Shown one piece after another: positions 1 to 9,437 of a stretch of DNA of 47,613 nt; positions within the stretch are counted from its first letter, which is position 1, and every line of letters starts with the position of its first letter. The notes under the pieces are model-generated. The model made no database searches. It was not told where the DNA came from and saw only the letters and a program-made list of their open reading frames with translations. The DNA is from a virus (lineage: Duplodnaviria; Caudoviricetes). A program made the position numbers and the translations under genes. The stretch spans positions 1 through 47,613 of IMG/VR virus record IMGVR_UViG_3300022876_000192. One strand, 5' to 3'.

Positions 1-363
1 TTACGCCTTCACCTCAACATTATCCAACGCCTGATTCACCGCCAACTCCCCCAACATCACCACCTGCGCAATGCCCAGCGCGGTTTTGCGGTGTGAGGGC
101 TCGAGTGCTGCGGCGAAGTTGTTGAGCATCTCCGAGGCGGAACTCAGCGTTTCACTGGCATTGGCCAGCAGGGATTCCGAGTCGTACTTGGGGTTGGCGA
201 GGTACATGCGCTCGGGCTCGTTGACGCTGGCCATGATGTGGCCGGTGGGAAGGAGGTAGTGATCGAGGGCTCGCTCGGCGGCTTCGTGGAGCTTTTTGGG
301 GTTGAGGGAATCGTAGGGGGATGCGGGGTCGGTTTCTGGTGGGTTGGGCGTTACTTTGAACAT
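1..363 (-). CDS. DUF6124-family small Pseudomonas protein
   Basis: 120 aa ORF with N-terminus MFKVTPNPP...SPYDSL..KKLHEAAERALDHYL and C-terminus LGIAQVVMLGELAVNQALD, recognised as typical of this family. Confidence 0.75.
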   Translation of the reverse strand: MFKVTPNPPETDPASPYDSLNPKKLHEAAERALDHYLLPTGHIMASVNEPERMYLANPKYDSESLLANASETLSSASEMLNNFAAALEPSHRKTALGIAQVVMLGELAVNQALDNVEVKA

Positions 364-375
364 AGATGGAACCTC

Positions 376-580
376 TAGCGCGATTACTAAAAGAAGCCAT
401 CACCCACGCTACCAAACGATGGGTGGCGGCCATACGCGGGTTGGTAGACCGGTCGCACTAGAACCCGGCGCCCACGAATGGGCCCCACGCATGACCACCA
501 TGAAATCCGAGTCCTGGGAAAGCGACTGAATTAGGTAGTGCGATGCATCTAGACACGAAGCGGGCTACCAAACCCGATCA
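376..580 (-). ncRNA. C4 antisense RNA-like locus (a1/b1 - antisense - a2/b2 arrangement) upstream of the DUF6124 gene
   Basis: GCTACCAAAC occurs in hairpin loops at 408-417 and 564-573, with the complement GTTGGTAG at 440-447. TAG(T/C)GCGA occurs at 376-383 and 536-543, with the complement TCGCACTA at 453-460. Confidence 0.6.
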
Positions 581-893
581 CTGGTTTTCAGTGACGTGAG
601 GACGATAGAACCTGCGGGCTAGACGCACAAGCCGGGGGATTCTGTCTTAGGTGTAGGGGGAGGCGCAAGGTGGTGTAGGCCATTAGCGGCGGCACCTAGG
701 TGTTTTTAAACAAGCATAGTGTTGTTGAAAGACTCGCCCGGGTGAACTGAAAAAAGTGCCCCCTTCCCATAAATAAATCCGTCCCCTTTTTTCAAAAAAG
801 GCTAGCCCCCTTCTATACCGGGGTCTCAGGCGTATCACCCTCACTATGTGGACAGTGAGTCTAAACAGAATCGACCTAGCCCCCCTCCCCCTA

Positions 894-1670
894 CTAACCG
901 ACATGCTCAGTGATAGGAACCATCACCGATCCGTCCTGCTCGTCGTAAGCTATTCCCGCTCCGTACTTGTACCTCTCTGCCTGCTGCCGAAGCTCCTCGG
1001 TGTCAGCCTCATACAACGTAAACCGGTATTTTTTCGTGTAAGACGCCGAACCTGGGGCAGTGATGACGGAGAGCGTGAACACGTATTCTCCCGTTTCCCA
1101 AATAAAGAGCTTTCGAAACAGCTCCGAGAAGGGAGCGATCATTTGTGGTTCAGCTTCCACCAGCTCTTTCTTGTCCGGCGGCTGGGCGTCTATTTTCTGC
1201 CGAATATCGGCTCGCAACCGCGCTAGGTCGGCCCGATACGCCTTATCAACCTGGCGCTCAAAATTATTAAAAAAGGTAACGGCATGCGCCCAACTGTCCC
1301 CAGGCTTCAAGAAAAAGGGAACGAGCAAAACAGTCGACGTTGATGAAGGCGTTTCAAAATATGCCTGCGCATGAAGCGTTACGAGAGGCTGACCATCCCG
1401 GACCAAGTCGAGATGCATCGACCGAATTCTCAAGCTTCGTCCACCTGAATTAGTTATCCCTACGACCAGTCCTAGGTTCGGATTTCCTACACGATGGGTC
1501 AGCTGAACGCGGCTGTGAACTTCAACTTCTAAGCGGCGAGGACGGAGTAGCAAATGAATCGGGGGGAGCTGCGACAAAATCACGGCAAGGATCGATACAA
1601 CCAACGACCAAAATTTCCAATCAATATAGAACGGCAATGCAATTTCATTGGCCAAAACGATTCCCTCCAC
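894..1670 (-). CDS. hypothetical protein with N-terminal transmembrane helix and predicted beta-rich domain
   Basis: 258 aa ORF; hydrophobic stretch FWSLVVSILAVILSQL near the N-terminus; no family recognised. Confidence 0.7.
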   Translation of the reverse strand: MEGIVLANEIALPFYIDWKFWSLVVSILAVILSQLPPIHLLLRPRRLEVEVHSRVQLTHRVGNPNLGLVVGITNSGGRSLRIRSMHLDLVRDGQPLVTLHAQAYFETPSSTSTVLLVPFFLKPGDSWAHAVTFFNNFERQVDKAYRADLARLRADIRQKIDAQPPDKKELVEAEPQMIAPFSELFRKLFIWETGEYVFTLSVITAPGSASYTKKYRFTLYEADTEELRQQAERYKYGAGIAYDEQDGSVMVPITEHVG

Positions 1671-2118
1671 GCATTGAGCGCTGCCTGTACCCTAACGCCA
1701 CGCCTTGGCTTTCGCGCACGGATGCATGACGAACTGACAGTGATTCTAGAAGTAGAAAATTGAAATGCGCTGTTTTCCTTCAGAACCTTGCCATGAAGGG
1801 CTACAAAGTGATCGAGGCTCCGTCAAGGAACAGGAAATGTACGTATCCGTCTAATCAGAAACCCGCCAAGCCCAGGTCCAGGTCCAGCCCAAAGTCAGCA
1901 TGGTTGCAAGGCTCAATTGCGCACTCCTTAACGTTGCACAAAAATTAAGAGGTCCGTCGGCGGAAGGGGGATAGGTGCTTTTGCGCCATTTTTCTAGAAA
2001 ACGAATTTTGCGGACGACGTGGCTTCGGACCACGCCTCCATAACTACTTATAGGCAGAATATTCCGATAGGATAAAGCTAAGCCACGCGTCATCACGCAT
2101 CGCAATAGGAAGTTTAGA

Positions 2119-3519
2119 ATGGATACTAGTAAGTTTTTTGAAGGTATGCGAAAAGGCGACTTAGAACTCCATTGTACCGAAGTTGTAATCACTCAACGCT
2201 CAGCCGAACTCGAGCTAAAAGGGCACGGAAAGCTTCTGATCAATCCGACCGGATTGATTTACTTAGAGCTAGTCTGCAAGCCCATTGAAATACCAGAAAA
2301 AAGCACAATATTAAGCAAAGTCCCACAAAGCCCGTTCGATGAAAACCAAAAACTAGAACTAAAAGCAACAACCATTCAAGGCTGGACATTTGAAGCAACT
2401 GATTTCTCATTTCAAATGAATAATATTTTTACTACAAAACCTTTTGTAGTCAACATACCACTAGAGCTTATTGAACTTCACTATGAGTCCTCTTTTATTT
2501 CAGAGCATAGAACCAACCTTAACTTTGAGATATGCGAACCGTGCCGAATACCCACAAACAAACTAAACACCGTAAAAGCCAGCTTAAAAGGATATGAGTC
2601 CTACAACTGGAATCAGACGCTGATCGAGATCGACAAACCTAAATGCGAGATATCGATTATTGATCACGAAGCCTATATGGAGATTAATGCGAGCGGCGAC
2701 TTTAATATTGATGAGATTTACGAATCGCTTAACTACTATCTTGCTTTATCTTCAGGTCGCTTGCCGCAGCCTTATGCTGTGGTACGGCGCTCAGGTCATG
2801 CTCATACGCTCCAGCTCAGATCTGTCAACAAGGCGTACAGATCCCACACCATAGCAGAACCGTTCCCTGCCTTGGCTTCGGCACCTGGCTGGCCAGATTT
2901 CCATTACGGAATCCTTTCTGGCATGCTGAAGGTCCGTAGAACTAACCCGAACTTGTTCCAAAGCGGATATGCTCAGTGGGCGCGGGTGTGGCATGCTTAT
3001 CGCTCCCAGACTAGTGTTACGTTACTTACACTGGGTGTGGCTATCGAAGGTCTGCTCAACGACGTATACATCCCTAGCCTCGAACTTTCTCAGCAGGATA
3101 CCGAATTAGAAAAAGCAAAAATAGATATCATTCTGAAACTGAATAATCTAGCGATTAGCAAAGACCACAAGGCCACCTTAGTTTCCAGCGTCGAGAAATG
3201 GGGCAATATGCACCCCAAAAAAGCACTTTCCATCCTTGTTGAGCGTGGAATAGTAGATAAGGACGAGCGACAATCTTGGATAGATCTGAGAAACTCCTCC
3301 GCTCACCCAAAAGCTGCTGGGGTATCTAACGCGATATCAAAAAAAGACTTCAAGCGCATGTGTGACTGCCTCAGCCTTTTCTACATCTTTTCATTGAGTA
3401 TATTTGGCTATCAAGGCCCAGTGTATAAATTTGGAAAAATTAACCATCCTGATTTACTGCAAAGAGAAATGATTAATATTGTTTTACCTGAAAACTCCAA
3501 AGGTGCGCTTGACGTGTAA
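2119..3519 (+). CDS. ApeA-like HEPN-domain protein (putative anti-phage RNase)
   Basis: 466 aa low-GC ORF; beta-rich N-terminal half; C-terminal helical region with LLTLGVAIEGLL and Rx4H motif (LRNSSAHP). Confidence 0.6.
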   Translation: MDTSKFFEGMRKGDLELHCTEVVITQRSAELELKGHGKLLINPTGLIYLELVCKPIEIPEKSTILSKVPQSPFDENQKLELKATTIQGWTFEATDFSFQMNNIFTTKPFVVNIPLELIELHYESSFISEHRTNLNFEICEPCRIPTNKLNTVKASLKGYESYNWNQTLIEIDKPKCEISIIDHEAYMEINASGDFNIDEIYESLNYYLALSSGRLPQPYAVVRRSGHAHTLQLRSVNKAYRSHTIAEPFPALASAPGWPDFHYGILSGMLKVRRTNPNLFQSGYAQWARVWHAYRSQTSVTLLTLGVAIEGLLNDVYIPSLELSQQDTELEKAKIDIILKLNNLAISKDHKATLVSSVEKWGNMHPKKALSILVERGIVDKDERQSWIDLRNSSAHPKAAGVSNAISKKDFKRMCDCLSLFYIFSLSIFGYQGPVYKFGKINHPDLLQREMINIVLPENSKGALDV

Positions 3520-3736
3520 TACTCATGCCGACAGATTAACATTCGGGCAGGGTAGCAATACCCTTAACTTCATAGACAAAAGTTATTTACACACTTCAAG
3601 ACCCGAGTGCTACATCTCCTTGCAGAGTAGAACTCCTATCTCGACAGAAAACAGGTGAATCCCACTGTGTAAAGCGCTGCCCTCCCCATTCCTGATAAAC
3701 TCCCCAACCTTCACCCCTCTGATCCAGATTCCCCCA

Positions 3737-3802
3737 ATGTCTCTACAACCCGCCCCACTCTCCCGCCGCTTCTCCGTCGCCCCGATGATGGATTGGACGT
3801 AG
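3737..3802 (+). pseudogene. dusA: stranded 5' fragment of dusA (tRNA-dihydrouridine synthase A), marking the left prophage attachment site
   Basis: ATG at 3737 reads MSLQPAPLSRRFSVAPMMDWT then TAG. RRFSVAPMMDWT is the conserved DusA N-terminus, which normally continues DRHCR. Confidence 0.85.
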
Positions 3803-4236
3803 TCACCCATCAGCCTCCCATCGCGCAAGGTAATGCGCCGAAAGTTTGTTGTTTTGTAGCAACTTTCAAGCAAGTCGCGATCGAGCAATCAAGAATACTT
3901 GCCGACACTGATTCTTATGTCAGAAGGTGGCGAGGCTACGTCAGACGAATCTTCGTCTCGAAACGTGTTTGAAGGATGTAGCAATCCCACACGGGAGGAT
4001 GAATCAGACACCGTTTGCTTAAGCAAGACTCGTGCGTTGCAGCGTCCCAACGACGGGTTAAGTAAGTGTCGTCGATGAATTTACCTAGAGTAACTGAAAT
4101 CTGAGGAATTTTTCGAAATAATCATGGCGCAGCAACCGAGAAACAGGTGTGCAATAAACAATATTATCTAACACAGCAGACACTTTATCGCATCCGCCGC
4201 GTGAGCCGCTCAACATAAGCAACTCCGCCAAGCCAG

Positions 4237-5277
4237 TCACCCGTATACAGATATTACGCAATTCATCGTTTCCGAAAAGAACGGAATCCCATTAAAAACT
4301 GGAGCCCTAGATTTAAGACACGTACCAAACGGAACAAAAGAATTAACATATTCTGAAATCTTTTCACCCGCCTTATCCTTACACGCTGCTTTTATCTCTG
4401 AAATTTTTAGCTTCTTGTAGGACTCTATAACTTTGCAAGAAAGCTCATCAAAAACTTCATACAGATCATGCCCGCGAACGAATAAGTAAATATTCTCAGC
4501 ACTCACTCCAGCAACGCCAACTTTAACACGATAATCGTCAAAGTCCGACTCCAAACCTTCTGTTTCGATGTGTCCATGCAAGACATTCAACAAAGATGAT
4601 AATTCAGAGCAAAACCTATCCCAGAGCGCACATCCTTGAAATCTGATGGCCTGCTCAACGGGTTTTTCCTTTAGAATATCAATAACCTCTTTGAAATTCT
4701 TTTTATAACCTACCACTAACCCTTGTTTATCACCACCCAATACCGCTTGCAGAAAAAGCAATCTAATAAACGGCTCAAAAATAGCAGCCGAGAAGTTCCC
4801 GAAAACAATGGAGAAAGGCTGCGCTAGATTATCTTCTGGCACTCCAACCAAATGACTTATAATCTGATCAATAATTATCGGATTCAGATAAATATTTTCC
4901 TTCGAGTGAACATTTGTCCAATATATATGATCCACCCCCTTATATTCATTCCGAAAACCATCCGCAAAACTGCTAATGAATTTAAAATCACTATCCAAAC
5001 AAAATATTTGATACTTACTTAAACTTATTTCGCCCGCCTCCATGAGACTCAAAAGCCTATCACATCCATTTGCGACTTTTTCGTCTTGAGCAACAAATAT
5101 TGATGACTGCTTGAACTGGAAATTAAACCCTTTAATATTTCTAAAAATGGGGACCCACAATCGTGAATCGTCGTGCGACTCAAGCCAAATAACAACTTCC
5201 GGAGGCTCAGCCTCATCCATAAAAAACTTTTGATTTTCAACATACTCTGCATCAAACGGAAAGCCCAAAGAGTCCAT
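4237..5277 (-). CDS. ariB: DUF4435/TOPRIM-like nuclease, AriB-like effector of a PARIS-like system
   Basis: Motifs VVIWLESHDD, FCLDSDF, YWTNVHSKENIY and RGHDL; ATG at 5277 directly follows the ATPase stop. Confidence 0.7.
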   Translation of the reverse strand: MDSLGFPFDAEYVENQKFFMDEAEPPEVVIWLESHDDSRLWVPIFRNIKGFNFQFKQSSIFVAQDEKVANGCDRLLSLMEAGEISLSKYQIFCLDSDFKFISSFADGFRNEYKGVDHIYWTNVHSKENIYLNPIIIDQIISHLVGVPEDNLAQPFSIVFGNFSAAIFEPFIRLLFLQAVLGGDKQGLVVGYKKNFKEVIDILKEKPVEQAIRFQGCALWDRFCSELSSLLNVLHGHIETEGLESDFDDYRVKVGVAGVSAENIYLFVRGHDLYEVFDELSCKVIESYKKLKISEIKAACKDKAGEKISEYVNSFVPFGTCLKSRAPVFNGIPFFSETMNCVISVYG

Positions 5278-5278
5278 A

Positions 5279-6430
5279 TCAAGCCTTACTAAAAAAACCA
5301 ATATTAATAACTTTTTCTCCAGGAACGTTGCCAACCATCGCAGGAGAGTGTGTAGATACGAGGAACTGTGAATTCGGCGCTAACGAGAACAGACTCTTCA
5401 ACAATTGTTTTTGCCACTTTATATGCAAAGAGAGATCCGGCTCATCCAACAAAAACAACGTATTCTTATCTTTATTCAAAAAGACCGCCAGCAACAAACA
5501 AAGTAATGTTTTCTCCCCCTTAGACAAATTAAACCACTTAACCTCACTCAAATCAGACTTCAACCTCAAGGACAAGAAGCCATTATCCCCTACAAACACC
5601 TCTCTATTAGTCATTTCAAAAAATAAATTCGCTTCATTTAAAAATTCCCCATGAGCGCCTGCACGTTGCATCTTTTCATACTCGAAAATTTGCCGCCTCA
5701 AGGCTTCAGGCATTTCTCTATCAGCAAATAAATCTATAACATTTCTTAAAATCGAAGCAACATGAGGAGCTGTTGCAGTTTTTACGTCCAGACTAGAAAA
5801 CTCTAGCAGCAGAAAATAAAGAGTTTTATCAAGCGTATTCTTTTTAGAAAAGATATCAAGCTCATCTAAGTTCTCAGACTCATCAACAGCAGCATTGAAA
5901 TTAAACAACTCATCACAATACAATACAGACTGAATACCCGGCCCCTGTACATCCCCACCGTCATTCTTTTTATTTCTATTCTTATTTTTTGAACCGAGCT
6001 CAACACTAAGTATATTAGTTGATCGAGTATCGCGCTTCTCGCCTTCCTTACTCACTAACAACTTTTTTTGCTTGCTATCAGGAACAGCTCTAGCGAGCAA
6101 CTCATCATAAAATATTTTTAGCGCATCTACTTTATCACTTGTTCTCTTTAGCGTAGGAAGTGAAAATTCTTTGTCTACTGGACGCGCCATTTTCACATGA
6201 TTTAATACCACACCATTTTCTAAGAAAATTTGGCTCCCCCAATTTGATCGAGGAAAAGAATATTCACAATCACCATAGAGTGAAACAGTGCTATGGATTA
6301 CTCCAAGAGTTGTAGACTTACCAACTCCATTATAACCAGTGAGTATTGTTACAGGTGAATCTATATTAATAATCGCAGTCTCATTAGGCTTGAACACATT
6401 ATGTATTGCCACCTTGGAAATTTTATTCAT
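5279..6430 (-). CDS. ariA: ABC-type (AAA_15/AAA_21) ATPase, AriA-like sensor of a PARIS-like system
   Basis: Walker A GYNGVGKST, signature-like LSKGEK, Walker B LLDEPDLSLH, H-loop STHSP; ATG at 6430 with GAAGG SD. Confidence 0.75.
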   Translation of the reverse strand: MNKISKVAIHNVFKPNETAIINIDSPVTILTGYNGVGKSTTLGVIHSTVSLYGDCEYSFPRSNWGSQIFLENGVVLNHVKMARPVDKEFSLPTLKRTSDKVDALKIFYDELLARAVPDSKQKKLLVSKEGEKRDTRSTNILSVELGSKNKNRNKKNDGGDVQGPGIQSVLYCDELFNFNAAVDESENLDELDIFSKKNTLDKTLYFLLLEFSSLDVKTATAPHVASILRNVIDLFADREMPEALRRQIFEYEKMQRAGAHGEFLNEANLFFEMTNREVFVGDNGFLSLRLKSDLSEVKWFNLSKGEKTLLCLLLAVFLNKDKNTLFLLDEPDLSLHIKWQKQLLKSLFSLAPNSQFLVSTHSPAMVGNVPGEKVINIGFFSKA

Positions 6431-6914
6431 ATCACCTTCAGCGTCCTGCAAATTGACTTGAGAGATCACTTAGACCCTTCCCCACTATACAGCATTTGCC
6501 ACATTTCTTCATCAACTACAAGGCATTTTTATATGGCATGATCAAGCTAGAGAACGCTGCTGCAGACGCCAATAGATCCAAAATTCTGCTGTCAGCCCGG
6601 ATCGTTAACCCCTTACAGCATCAACGAATACTGGTTTCGATGTCTGCGACCAGAGGGATGTCAATTCATGATCAAGCTCACCGCGGACTTTAGGTATCCT
6701 TGATACTGATAGGTAATTGTGTAGCGGACTCTCAAGCGCCTGCCTGAAACTGTCGAACATCGAGTGAGCACATGGTGGACTGCCTTAGCCCTCGCGTGCC
6801 CCCCCTGCTACCCTGGCTATCTGTCCGAAACATAACGTTTTTTAGAAATGTATAAACGCGCAGCACAAACGGCACTTTCGATACTATGCTTTTCTTCTAA
6901 AAGGACTCAATGTT

Positions 6915-7129
6915 ATGTCAGACGAATATTCGTTATCGAATGTGCTGGATAGGATGTACCAGAATCAGCTCAGTCTGGAAGCAGCATTGATGGAGTTAAC
7001 GCTTCATGCTGAACAGCAAGGTTGGTCGAAGTCGGAGACAACGTTCGGGGTGCCTTGTGGAAGATTGGCGAGAACGCCGGACACATTAAACAGGGTCTAG
7101 CTAAACTGAAGGGCAAAAGTGCAGGTTAG
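6915..7129 (+). pseudogene. frameshifted small helical prophage-associated protein (paralog of 10861-11079)
   Basis: MSDEYSLSNVLDRMYQNQLSLEAALMELTLHAEQQG, then a frame change near 7022 continues EVGDNVRGALWKIGENAGHIKQGLAKLKGKSAG*. Confidence 0.6.
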
Positions 7130-7297
7130 ATTCGTATCGTTTCGCTGACCCATAGTCATTAGGATACGTCCGCATGCGCAATGAGAGATGCAATTGAAAG
7201 CATGGCTCAAGGCGGCGCCCCGCCGTCAGCTTCCAACTTTTTCCACTAGTTGGTCGTCCGCTATGGGCCAACTCCGATCACTGGAAACCAGTTACAA

Positions 7298-7426
7298 GGG
7301 TAGGGATTCGAACCCCTTCTCGCAGCTTTACAGACCGTTTTAGACCACTAAAAACGGCGTTTTCAACCTGCGCCGTCGGCTTCCAGCGGGCCCAAGCGGC
7401 CCTATATATGCCCTAACTTTGCCCTA
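7298..7426 (-). other. relic tRNA T-arm (att-like core) with TGCCCTA direct repeats (arm-type-like sites)
   Basis: Minus strand GGGGTTCGAATCCCTACCC at 7298-7316; TGCCCTA at 7409-7415 and 7420-7426. Confidence 0.4.
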
Positions 7427-7429
7427 GAG

Positions 7430-7488
7430 AAGAACTGTCGGCCAAAAACCACCATTCACGAATGACCGCTTTCGGCCAAAAGCGGTCA
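7430..7488 (+). repeat. two palindromic units with 34-bp period (cargo-boundary repeat)
   Basis: Perfect hairpin TGACCGCTTT-CGGCCA-AAAGCGGTCA at 7463-7488; second CGGCCA core exactly 34 bp upstream (7439). Confidence 0.7.
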
Positions 7489-7581
7489 GTCATCAAAGCC
7501 CCAAAAATGTCCCGAGGCGAGTATCTAGTCACGCCAATCGGGCCCGTCATTGTGAGCAAGGCTAGTGGTTTCAACCATTTG

Positions 7582-8004
7582 CTAGCCGGAGATAATCGCA
7601 AATAGATTTTTGCACAAATAGGCATCCTCTCTTTGGATGAAATCTTCGGGGCTTTCATTGCAGGAAAAAGCTTCGAAAACGTGGTTAATAATTTTTTTTG
7701 CTTGGTCCGTATTAAGGACACGAATGTCTATCAGGTCAAGAAGAGCATCGGCTATCTCGTTTAAACTAATGCAGTATTCTTCAGCGGCAACCCTAAGCAG
7801 CGCTCGCATCTCCCTATGTTTACTATCTGAATCTACATTGTTTTTCAGAAATTCAAGTGGCTCTTCCAGAATTTCAAAAGGATAAATCTTTTGATACCTG
7901 TCGCAGTATTCTATAAGGATCCGCCTAATCTTCACGCCATCAAATTTTTGAGAGCTTGCCCCTAACAGTGCATTAATTTTCGTATTAGCTATCCAGCTTT
8001 TCAT
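7582..8004 (-). CDS. hypothetical protein (140 aa, predicted helical)
   Basis: Low-GC ORF with AAGG SD; no family recognised. Confidence 0.7.
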   Translation of the reverse strand: MKSWIANTKINALLGASSQKFDGVKIRRILIEYCDRYQKIYPFEILEEPLEFLKNNVDSDSKHREMRALLRVAAEEYCISLNEIADALLDLIDIRVLNTDQAKKIINHVFEAFSCNESPEDFIQREDAYLCKNLFAIISG

Positions 8005-8048
8005 CGCGAAATTTACCTTGCTTAGCGCTTATTTAAGGGACGTCGACT

Positions 8049-8106
8049 GGCGGATCTTGGCCGGTAGCGGTCGCTTGTTAGGGGTCGTTAACGGCCAATA
8101 GCGGTC
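8049..8106 (+). repeat. two palindromic units with 34-bp period (cargo-boundary repeat)
   Basis: Cores TGGCCG at 8058 and CGGCCA at 8092, each followed by TAGCGGTCGC. Confidence 0.65.
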
Positions 8107-8169
8107 GCCCAACTGCTTCACCCTCGCTTAAGGACCAGCCAAGTGATATACCGCGCTTGGGTCTAATGC

Positions 8170-8535
8170 ATGACACAAACAGGCAGTCTCATGATGCGAT
8201 TCTCAATTTATAGCGGATTGGTTTTGGTGGGCTACTCGGCGCTCGATTACGGAGATCCCCCGATGGGCGTTGCTTTCGGCCAATTCGAACCTGCCGATGG
8301 GTACGCAGCTATCCAGAACCAGTGCTTCACGAACCATCACGACCAGACCGTTCTGGATCTTTCTGTTCAGACCGAAGCGGGTCTGGTCATTCCATGTGCG
8401 GGTCTGGCCATCCTGGATTACTCCGAAGAGCTCGCGCCACCGTGCATCGAAGTGAACATTTTCGGCATTCCACATCCGCTCTATGGCGAGCTGTTTCCTC
8501 AGCACGTCACCCTGTATGAGCGTCAATTCAGCTAA
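8170..8535 (+). CDS. hypothetical protein (start may be 8191 or 8194)
   Basis: ORF with GYSALDYGDPPMGVAFGQFEP and YGELFPQHV segments, flanked by repeat arrays. Confidence 0.7.
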   Translation: MTQTGSLMMRFSIYSGLVLVGYSALDYGDPPMGVAFGQFEPADGYAAIQNQCFTNHHDQTVLDLSVQTEAGLVIPCAGLAILDYSEELAPPCIEVNIFGIPHPLYGELFPQHVTLYERQFS

Positions 8536-8551
8536 TCGGAATGTCCCGCCG

Positions 8552-8661
8552 ATGTCCGCTTCGGGTTGTGGACTCAACCGGCCATTAGCTGTCCTTCACG
8601 AAGGGCAGCTTTGGGTCGATAGCTGCCTCCCGTGGATGACCGCTTTTGGCCGATTATTGCC
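8552..8661 (+). repeat. array of palindromic units with 34-bp period (cargo-boundary repeat)
   Basis: Cores at 8579 (CGGCCA), 8613 (GGGTCG) and 8647 (TGGCCG); hairpin GGCAGCT...AGCTGCC at 8604-8627; half unit ATGTCCGCTTCGGGT at 8552. Confidence 0.7.
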
Positions 8662-8707
8662 TGTCACAACGGGCCTTGCCCCAGAAAAGGGGGCTGATTG
8701 GCTAGCG

Positions 8708-9190
8708 TCACCGATGAGTGAAATGCTGCTGTACGAAGGCGTGATCTTCTTCGACCAGTCGAGGGTACCTGCTTTCATCAAGCGTTTCACGAAGTCGCTT
8801 GGAGTAGCCTGCCTGCTCAAATGCTACTTGGCACCTCGCGCTGTCATAGAACGACCGGAGATGGGCGAGTGCCTGATCAAATTTGGGGCTTTCAATACGT
8901 AGAAATAGACCTGTCAAATCTAGCTGGTCTGTGAGCTCTCGATACAAGTCGATTGCGAAAATACTGCCTCCGTTATTTCGAGCATGATAAACATGCACGT
9001 CGCCGTAGCCGTTGTAAAGGTGGGCGAAATACAACTCGTGGAGTTCGAGAATATTGACGGAAATTTCAAGGGTCGAAAATACCGCCTGCAGGTAGACGCT
9101 GGGAGACGTCTGATCACCTTCCCAGGTTACTAAATCTGACATGGATACACAGATCGCGAATTCTTTGGCATAAATAGTTTTATCGGACAT
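8708..9190 (-). CDS. hypothetical protein
   Basis: ORF MSDKTIYAKEF...; start uncertain (frame open to 9244). Confidence 0.65.
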   Translation of the reverse strand: MSDKTIYAKEFAICVSMSDLVTWEGDQTSPSVYLQAVFSTLEISVNILELHELYFAHLYNGYGDVHVYHARNNGGSIFAIDLYRELTDQLDLTGLFLRIESPKFDQALAHLRSFYDSARCQVAFEQAGYSKRLRETLDESRYPRLVEEDHAFVQQHFTHR

Positions 9191-9413
9191 TCTCATTCCA
9201 ACGCTGAGTGTTTGAATTTTTAAGGGTGGACCTTCATAAGTCACCGACTACGAGTTATGCCTCATATCGTTCGGACAGAGCATCAGCTCATCACAGAAAT
9301 AACCGGCAACCGCTATTCTATCTCCGCGAGCGGCCGGAAATGGCCGAAAGCAGCCGTTGGCATCAGGCGCCGACACCATCAGGGTGGCAGGAGATTGGCT
9401 CACAGTCTCGCGG

Positions 9414-9437
9414 GTTCGAATCTCTCCTTCATCGCCA
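9414..9437 (+). other. relic 3' end of a tRNA-Ser-like gene (att-like core of another element)
   Basis: GTTCGAATCTCTCCTTCATCGCCA = T-loop, acceptor 3' strand and CCA; no 5' tRNA half upstream. Confidence 0.6.

Noticed and set aside
1760-2192. Short ORFs between the 894-1670 gene and the HEPN gene
   Set aside because: Overlapping, no motifs; likely the divergent promoter region or decayed sequence
3610-3888. 92 aa minus-strand ORF
   Set aside because: It spans the att junction and is the antisense shadow of the dusA fragment
7298-7316. Possible tRNA gene
   Set aside because: Only a T-arm-like sequence; no D-arm, anticodon arm or acceptor pairing
8564-8582. GGTTGTGGACTCAACCGGC resembling an IS30-family end
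   Set aside because: Too short, with no transposase or partner end, so it cannot be supported
7430-8661. Possible CRISPR array or integron attC sites
   Set aside because: Units are degenerate with ~10-bp spacers, there are no cas or intI genes, and no RYYYAAC...GTTRRRY pairing with attC geometry is present
9360-9437. Possible intact tRNA-Ser
   Set aside because: Only the 3' ~24 nt resemble a tRNA; the upstream sequence cannot form a cloverleaf
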